From assembly GCA_965112735.1 (NCBI GenBank), contig OZ218951.1, forward strand, positions 2,480,001 through 2,544,000: a stretch of DNA of 64,000 nucleotides. The letters are read 5' to 3'. This DNA is from Phaeosaccion multiseriatum. Lineage: Eukaryota; Protista; Ochrophyta, other classes. This document shows, one piece after another, positions 22,662-35,100 of this stretch (position 1 is its first letter; each line of letters opens with the position of its first letter). The notes beneath the pieces are model-generated. The model was given only the letters and a program-made list of their open reading frames with translations. It was not told where the DNA came from and did not search any database. Both the position numbers and the translations under genes were made by a program.

Positions 22662-25389
22662 GCCCTTGTATGTCAATTAACCGCCCTGGATGTCAGTAGG
22701 ACCGAAATTTTTGGTCAATTTTTTTTCATCGGCTGGGGCGCGTGAGGGAGGAGATGAATACTAGATACAAGGACTATCCCAGACGAAGCGCTTGTGCAAG
22801 CTTGAGGAAAACACAGTGAACTCGGGATTAGGCAGCTGAGAGCGTGCTCGCAGCAGCTTTGTGGCAAGAACTAGCGGGTGAGCTGCAAAGGTGCGTTTTT
22901 CGCCAACCTTGGTTTCGAGAGAGAGAGAGGACGGAGGGGGGTATACCCATAGAGATCAGCCGTGGGCAAGATAGGATCTCTTCTCCAGGAGTATGCGAAA
23001 CTTTTCATATGCGTCGCATGCTCTTCCGCCTCCAGCTCGTCGGCACTTTTGCCCCTGAAGTTAGGGTACTCCACCTTCACAGTTGGATGTCTCTGAGACG
23101 TGGACACTGCTCTATTCTACCGATTTTCAGGGCCCATGAGGGCGTCATCTCGTCCGCAGGACACGTCTGATGACCCCCATACCGCTGCTGTCCATGGGCG
23201 GGGGGCAAGAGGTCTATGGCAGGTCGTCACCCGAGGTGGCCGAAAAGGTGAGGGCGCACGAGAGGGGGAGAGGGCGTGAGATGGAAGGCTTCGCCTGGCA
23301 GTTACGAGCGGGGCAAGAGGGATTAACATCACTCATATATAGCCTGGCTTGTGACCAAGTTTTAGCTTCAAAGGTCATAATCCCATGTGCACAATCGCAT
23401 ACGTGTGCTCCCCTCTCTTTTGCCTTTGAAGGGTCCTTTTTGTGAGGTCATGAGCAGCCGATCCCACGCCCTGTCAGAGCATCGGTCTTGCTCAAGGGGC
23501 GTAATACTAACTCCCCTGCCCCCTGTTATTGCGGGACGTGGGTGGTGGGGCCTTCGGGGGGACTTCGACATCTTCTCCCGAGGTCACTGCACAGGTGGCG
23601 AAGTATGAGGGTGGAGAGGAAAGGGAAGGAACCTTCCCGGCAGAGTCAAGGGCGACACAAGGTATGTTGTGGCATCTAGTGTGTGAGTTGTCAGATGTCC
23701 AACTTTCAGCTTCAGCGAGCTTAACCAGACATGGGAAATCACCTCGTGTCCACCTCCCTAATTTTGGCCCCTTCGGTTAGGTCATCACGAGGGTCATTAC
23801 CGGGGCAGGAGAACGACTGCGGCGACCATCCTGCCTCTCTTCAGGGAGCGAGAAGGTAAGGAGCAAGGGGTTCACGAGCGGCAGTGGCCAGACGAGCGGG
23901 GGGAAGAGAAGCAAGCGTCCAGATAGAAGTCAAGCTTATCCGCCTCGTCGTCCACCCCGGGGGACGCCGTTGCTGCACGATCAGCTGCAGCTCCTCTTGG
24001 CTACTGCGGATGAGCGTGCTCGTATTGAAGCCTACCAGCCACGAGTGAGAGAAGCTCAATCAAGCAGCAGCTGGACGCGCCATCGGCTGCCGAGGCGGCC
24101 ATGGGAGCTGAGCCGGAGAAAGGGGGGGGGGGTAGCGTGCTGTTGCTGTGGGTGGTGGTGTTCGTCGTGGCACATGGTCGAAAAGCGAGAATGACTCAGG
24201 GGCGACAGGACGATGAGCCGCAAGGCCATACTCAAGTCGCTGACCGCCCTGTATGCAGAGAAAGTGGGGTGGAGGCCGTGGCAGGGGGGTTAGGAGCTGC
24301 CAGAGGAGGGCTTGGCGGGCTACCGAGACGGATTTCGCAGGTAAGACGGAGCCTCGTGCAGCATCTATAGTAGTAGTAGCTGTAGCAGCACCGATAAGGG
24401 GAGGAGGGGCAGTGTGTGTACAGTTGGAGCTGCCCATCCGTGAAATTGGGTTAAAATGACGAATATACACATAGATAGCGTTGTAAATCGCATCCTCGCC
24501 AAGGAGAGCATGTAAAGAGTACCAAATCGGCGCATGGTCATGAGGTATAGCCTCGCGTTGTATCTGGCCCATATCTATCGTCATACCCTCTCTTCCCCCT
24601 CGATCGAGGGTCAGGATGACGACGAAAAGGGGCCCTTCACACTTGTAAATTCTCTCCCTCACTCTGTAGCTCCTGAAAGGACACTTCGAGCTGCCCAGCA
24701 CTCAGCAGACTATGTATCCCTCAAGTCATCTCAAGGGTTTCATATCTCGTGGTCTGCTGGTCGCACACGCTCCTCCCTCTCCTCACCATTTTTGAGGTGA
24801 AAACTGCTGCCATAAGTGTTTCCATCTCGCCTCACCCCTTCTGCTCCACAGCACCTGCAATCGCACTCTTAGCTGCTCAACGTCGACTTCCATATGTGGG
24901 TCGCAGTCTGCTCAAAACCATTCCTCCCTCATGGGCTCTTGCTCGCACACGCTCTTCCCCCACTCCCCCCTTGTTTGAGGCCCAAATTCCCGCCAAAGCA
25001 ACGGACATTTCAGCTCCACATGTTAGCCCACTATCTCCTAAGACCGCGCTCCCAGCTTCACATCGGCTATTTGACTACATAATCCGTATTCAGCCCGAAG
25101 ATTATCACCTCTTGTGTGAGCTACGCCTCTCTCTTTCTCCCTTGTTCAGGGGCAAAGATCTCGTCAACATAGAAGCACATTTCACCTCCTAAATCGCTCT
25201 ATACAGACGCAACAATCAGACTTTAAGCTGCTCAACATCTAGAATACTGTCTTTGCCTCAGACCTCCCGAAGAGCTTCGCCTGTGGTGCTCTGTAGCGTG
25301 CGTAATACCTCTTTTCCTGAGCCCACTCAAAATGTTGATTCTACTGATTTTCTACTGACATCCAGGGCGGTTAATTGACATACAAGGGC
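22662..25389. mobile_element. 2.7-kb non-autonomous or decayed DNA transposon-like element with perfect 38-bp terminal inverted repeats
   Basis: GCCCTTGTATGTCAATTAACCGCCCTGGATGTCAGTAG (22662-22699) is the exact reverse complement of 25352-25389. No intact transposase ORF inside; no clear target-site duplication. Confidence 0.8.
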
Positions 25390-25483
25390 GCCCCAGACCC
25401 CATACCTTCCCCCCAATACTCGTCCTCTTTTGATTGCTGCTGGTGCTGCTTTCACCTTCTCCCCTGCCCTTGCACAGAGGGCT

Positions 25484-27202
25484 ATGGAAAGGCGTAGCGT
25501 CAAGCAGCACGGCTTTGATCTGTCCATCGTCGTGGATGGCGAACTGCTTGTGGTTGATATGCTCAGGGGAGTCGACACGGTGGTGGTGCCAAGCTATGGG
25601 GACGAGCACCCCAAAAGATACAAAATCAAGGCGCGTGAGCAAAGTGGGGTTGCGGAGGGTGGAGAATATTTTAATTAAAAAAGTCTCCTTCTTCCCTTCT
25701 TCCCCCCTTCCAGTACTGCTGTCTTAATGTCCCCGCCCACATTGTGGTGTCAATATCTCCACTACTGTCCTTCTGACCGCCCTTCTGAACCACCCCGCAG
25801 CAGGTGGTGAACCGCATCGAGAGAAAGGAGAAGCTCGTCATGCGGCTCTGTGTGGACGGGCGGGAAAACAAGGGTCAGTTGAACACACTGACTCCCTCAC
25901 TCCCTCACCCATCCACTCACTCACTCACTCACTCACTCACTCACTCACTCACTTACTCACTCACTCACTCACTCACTCACTCACTCACTCACTCACTCAC
26001 TCACCGAATCAGGTAGCGTCCACGTGATCGGCAAGCACGTGGGGAGTACCTCAAGTATGTCGACGTTCGGGGGGAATTTCCTTGCCTTCGGGAGGATGGA
26101 CACCGTTGAAGGCGCGGGCGGTGCAAACGCCAACCCGGAGACGCTTCAGGCGGTGAGTGTCCCGCTCTCACTTGCCCGCCATGCCTCTGACCTTTCCCTC
26201 CGTGGAGATGTGGAGGAAGAACGTTCTTTCTCACTCAGGACCGGCCTCCTTTCCTCCCTTCCCTCCCTGCCGCCCTGCCTCCCTCCCTGCCTCCCTCTCT
26301 CCCTCCCTCCCTCCCTCCCCCCCCTCCCCCCCCTTCGTTCGCTGCCTCCAAATTTACCCGATCGTATGCAGATCGGAGCTATCACGCTGAAGGTATTCAA
26401 GTTCAAGAAGGAGCGCAAGGGAGTCAACATGAAGGAGAGGAAGGCGCGCACGAGTCTGCTTGGCAGCGAAGTGAAGGTAACCGAAGGTACCAAGAAGAGT
26501 ATCGCAGCGGTGACGGTGAGCGGGGGAGCATGTGGTCCGCGGCGAGGAAAGACGGTTTCGAGAGGGCGCCTCCTGCACACGCTACAGCTAAACTATGCCA
26601 GCGCGGCCACTGTACTGATGGGGAAGGCCAAAGCTCAGAGGGAGGTTGGGGGGGGGGCTGCTGCTGCCGGTCGTGGGGAGGAGGCGGAGGGAGAACAAGG
26701 CGGAGGGAGAGCATCCACACCGGGTCAGCGGAAGAGGAAGAAAGGTGCGCAAGGGGAGGGCGACGGGGAAGCCGGGGGCAAGATGAAGAAGCTTGCATCC
26801 AGCAGTGATATGGCTGCTGTATCACCAACTGCTGGTGGTGCGGCTGGTGGTGCTGCTGGTGGTGTCACACCGGTGGTGTTCGAAGTGCTCGACGAGGAGG
26901 AGGAGGAGGAGGAGGAGGTGGGGACGAAAGCAGGCGGAGGGGATGGCAGTGGAGGAGCAGCAGCGGCAGCAGGAGCAGGAGCGGGGCCCATCAAGGAGGA
27001 GATGGAGGTCGTGCCAACAGTGGCCGAGCGAGGAGTGATCGACTTGATCGACGAAGAGGAGGTGTCCACGAAGCCAGAGGGAGGAGGCGATGGCAGTGGA
27101 GGGGCAGCAGCGGCAGTAGCAGCAGGAGCTGGGCCCGCCAAGGAGGAGCAGGAGGAGGTGGGGCCACGCGTGGCCGAGTTTGGGTTGATCGATCTGTCGT
27201 GA
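25484..27202 (+). CDS. Uncharacterised protein, DUF7918-like domain with acidic tail (paralog 1), 4 exons
   Basis: Exons 25484-25630, about 25804-25873, 26013-26152, 26372-27202. Aligns with paralog 2 (GFDLSI/GFELSI, LCVDG/LVVDG, LAFGRM, AAVTVSGG, HTL-x3-YAS, C-terminal IDL). The DUF7918 label is recalled from motif layout only. Confidence 0.7.
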
Positions 27203-28009
27203 TAAGCGCCACAGTGTGGGAAGAGGAAGGGTTCCAAGCACACTTGGGCTGACGCGGGGGGGGGGGGGGGGGCTCGAGTATGGATGTACATAGATGGCAT
27301 ATAGGGGGGAGTGAAGCATGGCTGGGTGTACATCGAAAGCATGCGGAGAGGGAGAGAAAGATAGAAAAAGAAAGTGAGAGAGAGAGTAGTCATGTGGCGT
27401 GAATATAATATATAGGCAGTCCTCCTTGGCATGTTACGTGTGTGCATTCTCTATACACCCCCTTCCTTCCCCTCCCAAGGCTTTCCTGTTGACTCCCTCT
27501 CGCCCGTTGTCACCTACACAGCTCAGTCTACCCACAAAGCAGTGCTCCCCCCAAACCGACTACACCCCTTCCCCCCAGCGCATGCGAGTCAAACTACAGT
27601 CATTTGTCTGCCAAAGGATCGCACCCTCAGCACGATAGCCAAGCTCACGAGCAGAGCAGCAGTCAGGGCCTTGCCTGCACAGATCAAGAGTCTTGCCTGC
27701 ATAGGACACACTGGCCCTGCCCAAGGTGCTCGTACATCGCAGGGAGAGAGCACCTCAAGCTGTCGACCACAGCCATGATGGACCTGCCCCTCCACAGAGC
27801 AGGGTACAGAGGGTACACTCCAGACGGCCATGTCCCACGCGAAGTGGGGAGCTGAAGAGCCGTCAGCGTCTCGTCGATCAGCACCCCTGCTACTCTGTGA
27901 AATGCCAGGCACAGATAAAATCTTCAGCCCCTACCCGTATAAAGTAAAGAGTGTCAAAATACTTTTGACGTGTACGCGCCTTCAAGGCTGGCATCCCGCG
28001 GTGGCACCT

Positions 28010-28520
28010 TCAGTCCTCGCAGTCGCAGGGATGTCCATTGGCGTGCACCCACTGCTGAATCTCCTCAAGCATGGCATTGTCACCCCCTTCAAGGAGGAAT
28101 AAATAAAAATACCCGAACGGTGTTTCGCGACACTTGGGCACACAAACTTGTCCCAGGGACACATGACCTCCTCGGATCGCAGCCACTAGGATGGGGAGGC
28201 TCTTGTCGGAATACACTGCAGTATGACAAGACATGCAGCCATTGGAAACACTTCCAGGTTGCCTTCTTCGGCCGCGAAAAAAACCAAATGGAGCACCCAC
28301 TCGATTACAGGAAGACACCCAGACTGAATAGATCCTTTCAAGATGCTTAAGTCAGACGGCGCGTTCGCTTCGTCTATGAGCAGCCACTCCAGCATCCTCG
28401 GCTTCCCCTGTCGAGCTTCCGTGCACACCTCTTCATTCTACGGGCACTTCAACTTGTCGGGCAGGATCTCCATTCGCAGCCATTGGAGGATGCTGAGTCC
28501 GTGGTGTCCACATCTCCGTA
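28010..28520 (-). pseudogene. Decayed copy of the ankyrin-like family (paralog D)
   Basis: Fragments in shifting frames: LSILQWLRMEILPDKLKCP*NEEVC, LEWLLIDEANAP, FFAAEEGNLEV, CPWDKFVCP, EEIQQWVHANGHPCDCED. Confidence 0.85.
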
Positions 28521-29077
28521 CTCAGCCAGTTTGGTCGTTTGGGGGAAGGTTGAAGGAAGGGGGGGGGTCTAAGTGCCATCTATGGTCGAAGGGTACTACC
28601 AAGTTGGTACTACCCTTGTTGGTCGTGTGAGCCAGTTGTAAGAAGCCTTTTTTTTTTTTTTTTTTTTTTCCTTTTTTTCCTCTTGCTTCCCTCTCCTCAT
28701 TGATCCTCAATCTCCTTCCCAACCCAAACGCTCGCTGGTCCCCTCTATCTTAGTGCATACCTCTGGCTGGAAGCACATGTTCACCAGTGAATCGTAAAAC
28801 ACCCAGCTAAAGGAAGCGGGAGAGCGTTCATAACGGCAGAACTTGGTCTCTTCCCGCGAAGAAGGAGCCTGTGAGCAGGTAGGACGTAGACAATCGAGCG
28901 AGGAAAGCGAGGACTCTACAAAGTCCCGGTTGTTTCTTGTGGTGGCAAGAGAATCGTGCGCACTACTTCATGACTTTTGATTGAGATTTTGAGAAGGTGT
29001 TTGTCCTCATTGCCGTCTCATTCTCCGTTCTCCTGCGCAGATAAGAGGATCGGCAGCTGCCGTGTGCAACAAAGGAA

Positions 29078-29826
29078 ATGGAGCGGACATCGGTGATGAA
29101 AGATGGCTTTGAGTTGTCTATATATACGGAGGGATCGCCAATGAAGGTGGAGAGCCTCCGAGAGAGGGACATCGTGGTAGTTTGGCTCAAAGACCGGGAT
29201 ATGCTCCACTATCAAGTACATGTGAGTGGGAAGAGAAATAACGAAGAAAAAGAGATTGGGGCGAGAAAGTAAGGGAAGGAGCGAGCTGCAAACTCTTCGT
29301 CACTAACGCTCCAGTCTCCACTTTTCGTCTCGTTGTGTTTGCTGTTACTCAGGTCAAGAATCTCGTCAAGCGCTCAGCGAAACAGGTGAGAGCGGACAGA
29401 CTGGAGAAAGGGCAGGGGCTGTGGGATTTACATTTGAACTTATGGGCTCTGTGGGACAGGGTGGTGAAGAGGGTGACGAGGGGCAGGGCGGCGGTAAACA
29501 TGTGGTGCGGGACAGACACCACACCCCACCCACGAGCACCACGGAAGCTTCGCTCTTTTGTGAAGTGACATGACACTACAGTAGTCACCCACGTCGATAA
29601 GTTTCTGACCAACAATTGGTGCCACCGTACCGTTGCGCCTCGCCATCCCTTCAGATTTTGAGGCTGGTTGTGGACGGGGTCCGGGATACCAAGTTCATTA
29701 CGGTCTTGGACAAGGAGGTGGGCTCGACATGCACCATCAAGTCACACGGACTCACCTACCTCGCCTTTGGAAGGATGGAGATCGAGGAGGGGGGCACCGG
29801 GACCGCTACAATGCAGAAGCTCGCGG

Positions 29827-29867
<41 letters not shown>

Positions 29868-30815
29868 TGTGTGTGTGTGTACGTGTGTACGTGTGTGTAC
29901 GTGTGTGTGTGTGTGTGTACATGTGTGTATGTGTATGTGCAGTGCTTGCGTCCTTGCTTCCTTCCGAAGCGAAACCCTTCGGGCTCTCTACTCTTGTAAC
30001 CGTCGGACGCTCGGCGGCGTGAGTTTAGCGCTAGCCTGCTTGAGATCTCTTCCTCCCCATACACATATATGCACCATGGCCACCATGGCTCGCTGGTTTG
30101 AGCAGTGGCTGAATGGCTGAAAGCTCAACCCTCTCCCCCGACCCCGCCCTCGCTTTCTCCCTCCCTCCCTCCTCCCTCCTTCCTCCCTCCCTCCCCCCCT
30201 CCCTCCCTCCCTCCCTCCCTCCCTCCCTCCCTCCCTCCCTCCCTCCTCCCGGTGTCCGTTGCATGTGTGCACAGCTGGGCAGGATCGAGGTTGAGATAAA
30301 ATCGTGCATTGGCACGACGCAAATGAATGGCTCGAGCCGGGGACCTGCGGCCGACTTGCTCGGGAACAACATTCGGCTGGGGGAGGCAGCTAAGAAAAGC
30401 AAAAAGGCGAGTGCGGCGGTGACTGTGAGCGGCGGTCAGATGGCTGAGCCGACGGGTGCGTTCACGTCCTACAGCACTGGGCCATTGGAGCACACGCTCA
30501 CCATCCGTTACGCCAGTCCTATTCACGTGCTGCTGGACAGACAAAATATCGCCCGCGAGGAGAGGCAGAGGAGGCTGGCGGCGGGGGAGACTTTGGAGGT
30601 GGAGGAGGTTGAAGTGTCCGACGATGAGGAGGAGGAAGACGAGGACGACGTGGAGGAGGAGGCGGCACCTTCCGCAGCAAGAGGCGCAGCGGCAGCAACA
30701 GGAGCAGCCATAGTAGCTGCAGCAGCCGCAGAAAAAGCAGCAGAAGAAGCACGAGTAGCAGCGGCAGCAGCAGCAGAAGAGGCACGAGCAAGAGCAGCAG
30801 CAGCAGAAGAAGCTC

Positions 30816-30849
<34 letters not shown>

Positions 30850-31036
30850 TGGAGAGGCGTCCGGTGCCAAGCGCAAGGCCGGGGAGGGCGCTGACGATGC
30901 CGGCGCCGAGCTGGAGGGCAGCAAGAAGGCGCGATCCGATGCTGTAAAGTCAGAGCCTCTTGCGGCGGCCGCTGCGACTTCGGGTGCCGCTGAGGAGGAT
31001 GACGAGGACGGCGATGACTTTATCGACCTCACGTGA
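29078..31036 (+). CDS. Uncharacterised protein, DUF7918-like domain with Ala/Glu-rich tail (paralog 2), 4 exons
   Basis: Exons 29078-29221, 29353-29385, 29655-29828, 30275-31036, all GT-AG and in phase; ends DDFIDLT. Confidence 0.75.
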
Positions 31037-32117
31037 TACTTACGTGGTCCTTACGTAGGAGGCCGTCCTCTGACCACCCCTCGTACGGCACCCGTAGCTC
31101 GCCGAGGGTACGGTGCGATGGGGTGAGGCCATGCTGGCAGGGCAGGCACTCACGTCAAGTATGCACACCCAGAGAGAGGGAGGGAGAGTGGTTGAGTGAG
31201 TGAGAGAGAGAGAGAGAAGAGAGAGAAGAGGGAGAGAGAGAGAGAAGAGGGAGGGAGAGGGGGGGGGCTGTGGGCGGGCGGGAGGTGCTGCTCTTTCCTC
31301 AAGAAAGACTTAGCGAGACAGAGCATGGGTGGGTGTGCTTGTGTAGTTGGGTGGGTGGGGGGGTGGTTAAGTACTTGAGTGTTTTGATGCGTGTGTGTGC
31401 GTGTGTGGGTGCGTGTGTAGGATGGGTGAGGGGAAGATAGCAGATGCACACTGTTGGTGGGTGGGTGGGTGGGTGAGTGGGTGGGTGGGTGGGTGGGTGA
31501 GGAGGGCGAGCCACGACGAGCGAGGCCCCACTGCAGCAGAGGACTGTGTGGCATGACTGCAGAGGACTGTGTGGCATGACTGCACAGTCCTATGACCACT
31601 GGTCACACCCACGTGTGCATGTGCAGTACACACGCGGATGGGGCGATGGGTATGTGTGTACGTAGGGTCAGTGTGTCGGTGATTTATTGACTTATATGTG
31701 GTTTGGGTGGGGTGGGGAGACGTGAACAAGCGGGGGTTGAGGGTGTATATTGTATATTTCAATTTATGTGTGGCGCACAAGTCCCGACACTGTTGTACAA
31801 GGGCATCAATGGCATCGCCTCTCTTGTACGTAGTTCATAGGAATGTCTCCAATCCATTCAAGCATCGATGAACCACCTGCAGCTGAAACGCAACAAGAAG
31901 GTGGGGTTGGCTATGTAAGTATAGCGATTAGCTCACTAAGTGTGTCAGTAATTGCTGCGCTCTCTCCGCGTCGAGCGGCCTTACATTACGCAGCGTGCTG
32001 CTGCTGCTCTGCTGCTCTGCTGCGACTGCTGTATGCTATTGCTGCCGCTGTATCACCAACTACTGTGGGCGCTGCTGCTACTGCCGCTGTATCACCAACT
32101 GCTACTGCTGGTGCTGC

Positions 32118-35100
32118 TCAAGAGCGCGTCAGGAAGTCATCGTACACTTGGAGCATGTCGGGCGTGACCCCGGGGTGGACGCCTCGCAGGGCCGTCTCAA
32201 AGTCGCTCTGCCGCACCTGTTGACATGGGGAGAAGGGGCAGCCACATCGGAGAGTCAGAAGGAGATCCGTTAGAGCATTGCAAGGAAAAGTGACATACAC
32301 ACATACACACACACCATGCATGTGTCTTCGTAACGTTTCGCTATAGCTAAGCGTTTCACGCGTGGATACACGCATACCTCCTGGCAGTGTAAGCCCCTCT
32401 CTCGAAGGGCATACATGGCGGCTTCTCGACACGCGCTCTCGATCTCCGCCCCGCTGAGGCCCTCTGCTCTCTCCGCCAAGAAGGAAAGGTCGACATCCCC
32501 TCCCAGAGGGGTCTGACGGGTGTGAACCTCAAAGATCTTGAGCATCAGTAGCACAGTGCATTATGATACGGAGGAGGAGGAGGAGGAGGAGGAGGAGCAG
32601 AAGGAGGAGGAGGAGCAGAAGGAGGAGGAAGAGGAGGAGGAGGAGGAGGAGGAGGAGGAGGAGGAGGAGGAGGAGGAGGAGGAGCAGAAGGAGGAGGAAG
32701 AGGAGGAGGAGGAGGAGGAGGAGGAGGAGGAGGAGGAGGAGGACGAGGAGGACGAGGAGGACGAGGAGGAGGAGGAGGAGGAGGAGATGAGACGAGAGGA
32801 GAGAAATAGCTGATGAGCTGTCCGAAGAGGGACGGAAGCGTGGTTGGGTTGCGGGGGGGGACCACCCTTTCCCTTCTCCACACGCCTCCCTCTTCCTTTC
32901 CCCTCCCTGCCTCGCCCCAGCCCTACCCTCAACCTTGCATGTCCCCTTCCTCCATCCTCCTTCTTCCCCACCTACCCACCCCTTTCTCACCCTCGCCCTC
33001 ACCCTCACCCTCACCCTCACCTGCCTTCGCCCTTCCTGGTCGGGCAGCGGCACATAAATGAGCTCGTCGAAACGCCCCTTCCTCAGCAGCGCAGAGTCGA
33101 TGGCACCAGGGCGGTTGGTGGCCGCCACCACCGTCACGCCATCCCCCCCCTGCATGGCGTCTACACCATCCATTTCATTCAGAAACGTCGCCAGCACACT
33201 GGATTCTGCTCTACCTCCTCCTCCTCCTCCATCCCCGCCTCTGTTGCTGACGAGGGCGTCGAGCTCATCGAAAAAGAGAATGCAGGGAGACGCCCCTCGA
33301 GCGACGGTGAAGGCCCTGCGTACCGCTGCCTCGGCCTCACCGAGGTAGGGAGAGTACACGTCAGCACCTGTCCACAAGAAGGGGAGGAGGAAGGAGGAGG
33401 GAGATGAGTATTGTGCACGAGGAGCGGGTGAGGAGGAGGGACTTGATCTACGCAAGGGGGGTATGAGAGGGGGATTAGAAAGAGGCGAAGAGGATACAAG
33501 TGCTCTGCCCACAGGGGTGAAGGAGGAAGGAGGAGAGAAAGGACGGGGCGGTGATGGCGACGCATATGGCTCCTCGATCCTCCACGCACCTGATAGAGAC
33601 ACGAAGGATGCCATCGTTGCGTTGGCGACGGCCTTGACGAGGGTGGTCTTGCTGCACCCCGGGGGGCCGAACAGCAGGATGCCGCGCGGGGGCCTGGGGT
33701 TAGGGGTGGAGGGGTGGATGGGTGGGTGGTGGGGGGGGGTAGGAGATGAGGGGTCAGGACGAGGGTCAGGGTCAGATCCAGGGTCACGGTCAGGGTCAGG
33801 GGCAGGGTCAGGGTCAGGGTCAGGGTCAGGGGCAGGGTCAGGGTCAGGGTCAGGGTCAGGGGCAAGGATAAGGGTGAGGGTGAGGGTCAGCGTCTGGAGG
33901 CAGGAGGACATGCAGGTCACGAGTTGAGAGCAACGATCAAGGCCCTCGCAACAAGCCAAAGACACACCTCCTCCCCCCCTGCCCTCCTCCACCCCTCCCT
34001 CCCACACCAATAATGTAACTCTTAAGGTTGATTCCCATAAGGCAATGTACCTCCCTCCCACACGACACACACCTCAAGTTGAAGCGTGCAAAGGCGTCCT
34101 TGTGCAACAGAGGCCACTCAACCGCCCGCTGTAACCGCCCCTTTGCCTCCCTCACCCCGCCAATGTCTGCCCACGTGACCTTCGGCACCTCGAGTCGGAA
34201 ACCTCGCAGAGACGAGGACCCCACCTTCTCCAATGCCTGGCGCAGATGCTGCTCCTCCACCAACAGCTGACGACGGCGTTCGTTGGCCAGAGAGAGAGAC
34301 ACCGAGAAAGAGACAGAGAGAGACAGAGAGACCGACAGGGAGACAGACAGGGAGGAAGAGACAGAGAGAAAGAGGCAGAGAGACACACAGAGAGAGAGAG
34401 AGAAAGAAAGAGAGAGGAAGACAGAGTTAGGGTTGGGGTCCGATTGGGGCTGCTGGGGGGCTGTAGGGGGCGAAAGAGGGGCCACTCATTCCTTCACATG
34501 CACCTTCACATTCAGATTCACTTTCACATTCGCATTCACATTCACATTCGCATACACATACACATACACATACACAGGTCAGTGTTGTGGGGTGAGGGTG
34601 GCGATGGTGCTGCAGCAGCTTGCCGGCCATTCACTGACTTACTTTCACGTTAGCTGTCGTCGCTCCCGCCTCCACGCCTACCCGCCCCTGCGGCCTCTGT
34701 TTTTCTCCGGCCCCCTCCTTCCTCGCCTCCCCTCCCTCCTCGTCGTCACCCTCTCCCTCCCCCCCCCCCTCCTCCTGACGCTGCTGATAGCGCCTCACGG
34801 CCTGGCTGCTGGCCAAGAGCACCGCTTCTCTGCTGAGGGCTGCGAGGTCCGCCCCCACGTACCCCACTGCTGCAGCCGCTATGGCTCCGATCGTCGCCAA
34901 GCCACCCTCGACCTCCACGCTGGGGGGGGGGGTAGGGTAGGGTAGGCACCAATCACGGATTGGAAGTCAACCAGCAGCACAAGTGAGAGAGAGGGAGAGA
35001 CGGAAAGAGACAGGGATAGAGAGAGTAAGAGAAAGGAGAGTGAGAATTAGAGTTTGAGTTAGGGACGAGGTGAAGAGGGTGGGAAGTGAGTAGGAGGAGC

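Noticed and set aside
27590-27910. Possible fifth, older ankyrin-like remnant (VLIDE, GRQLEVL, GKAL)
   Set aside because: Similarity too short to support without an alignment.
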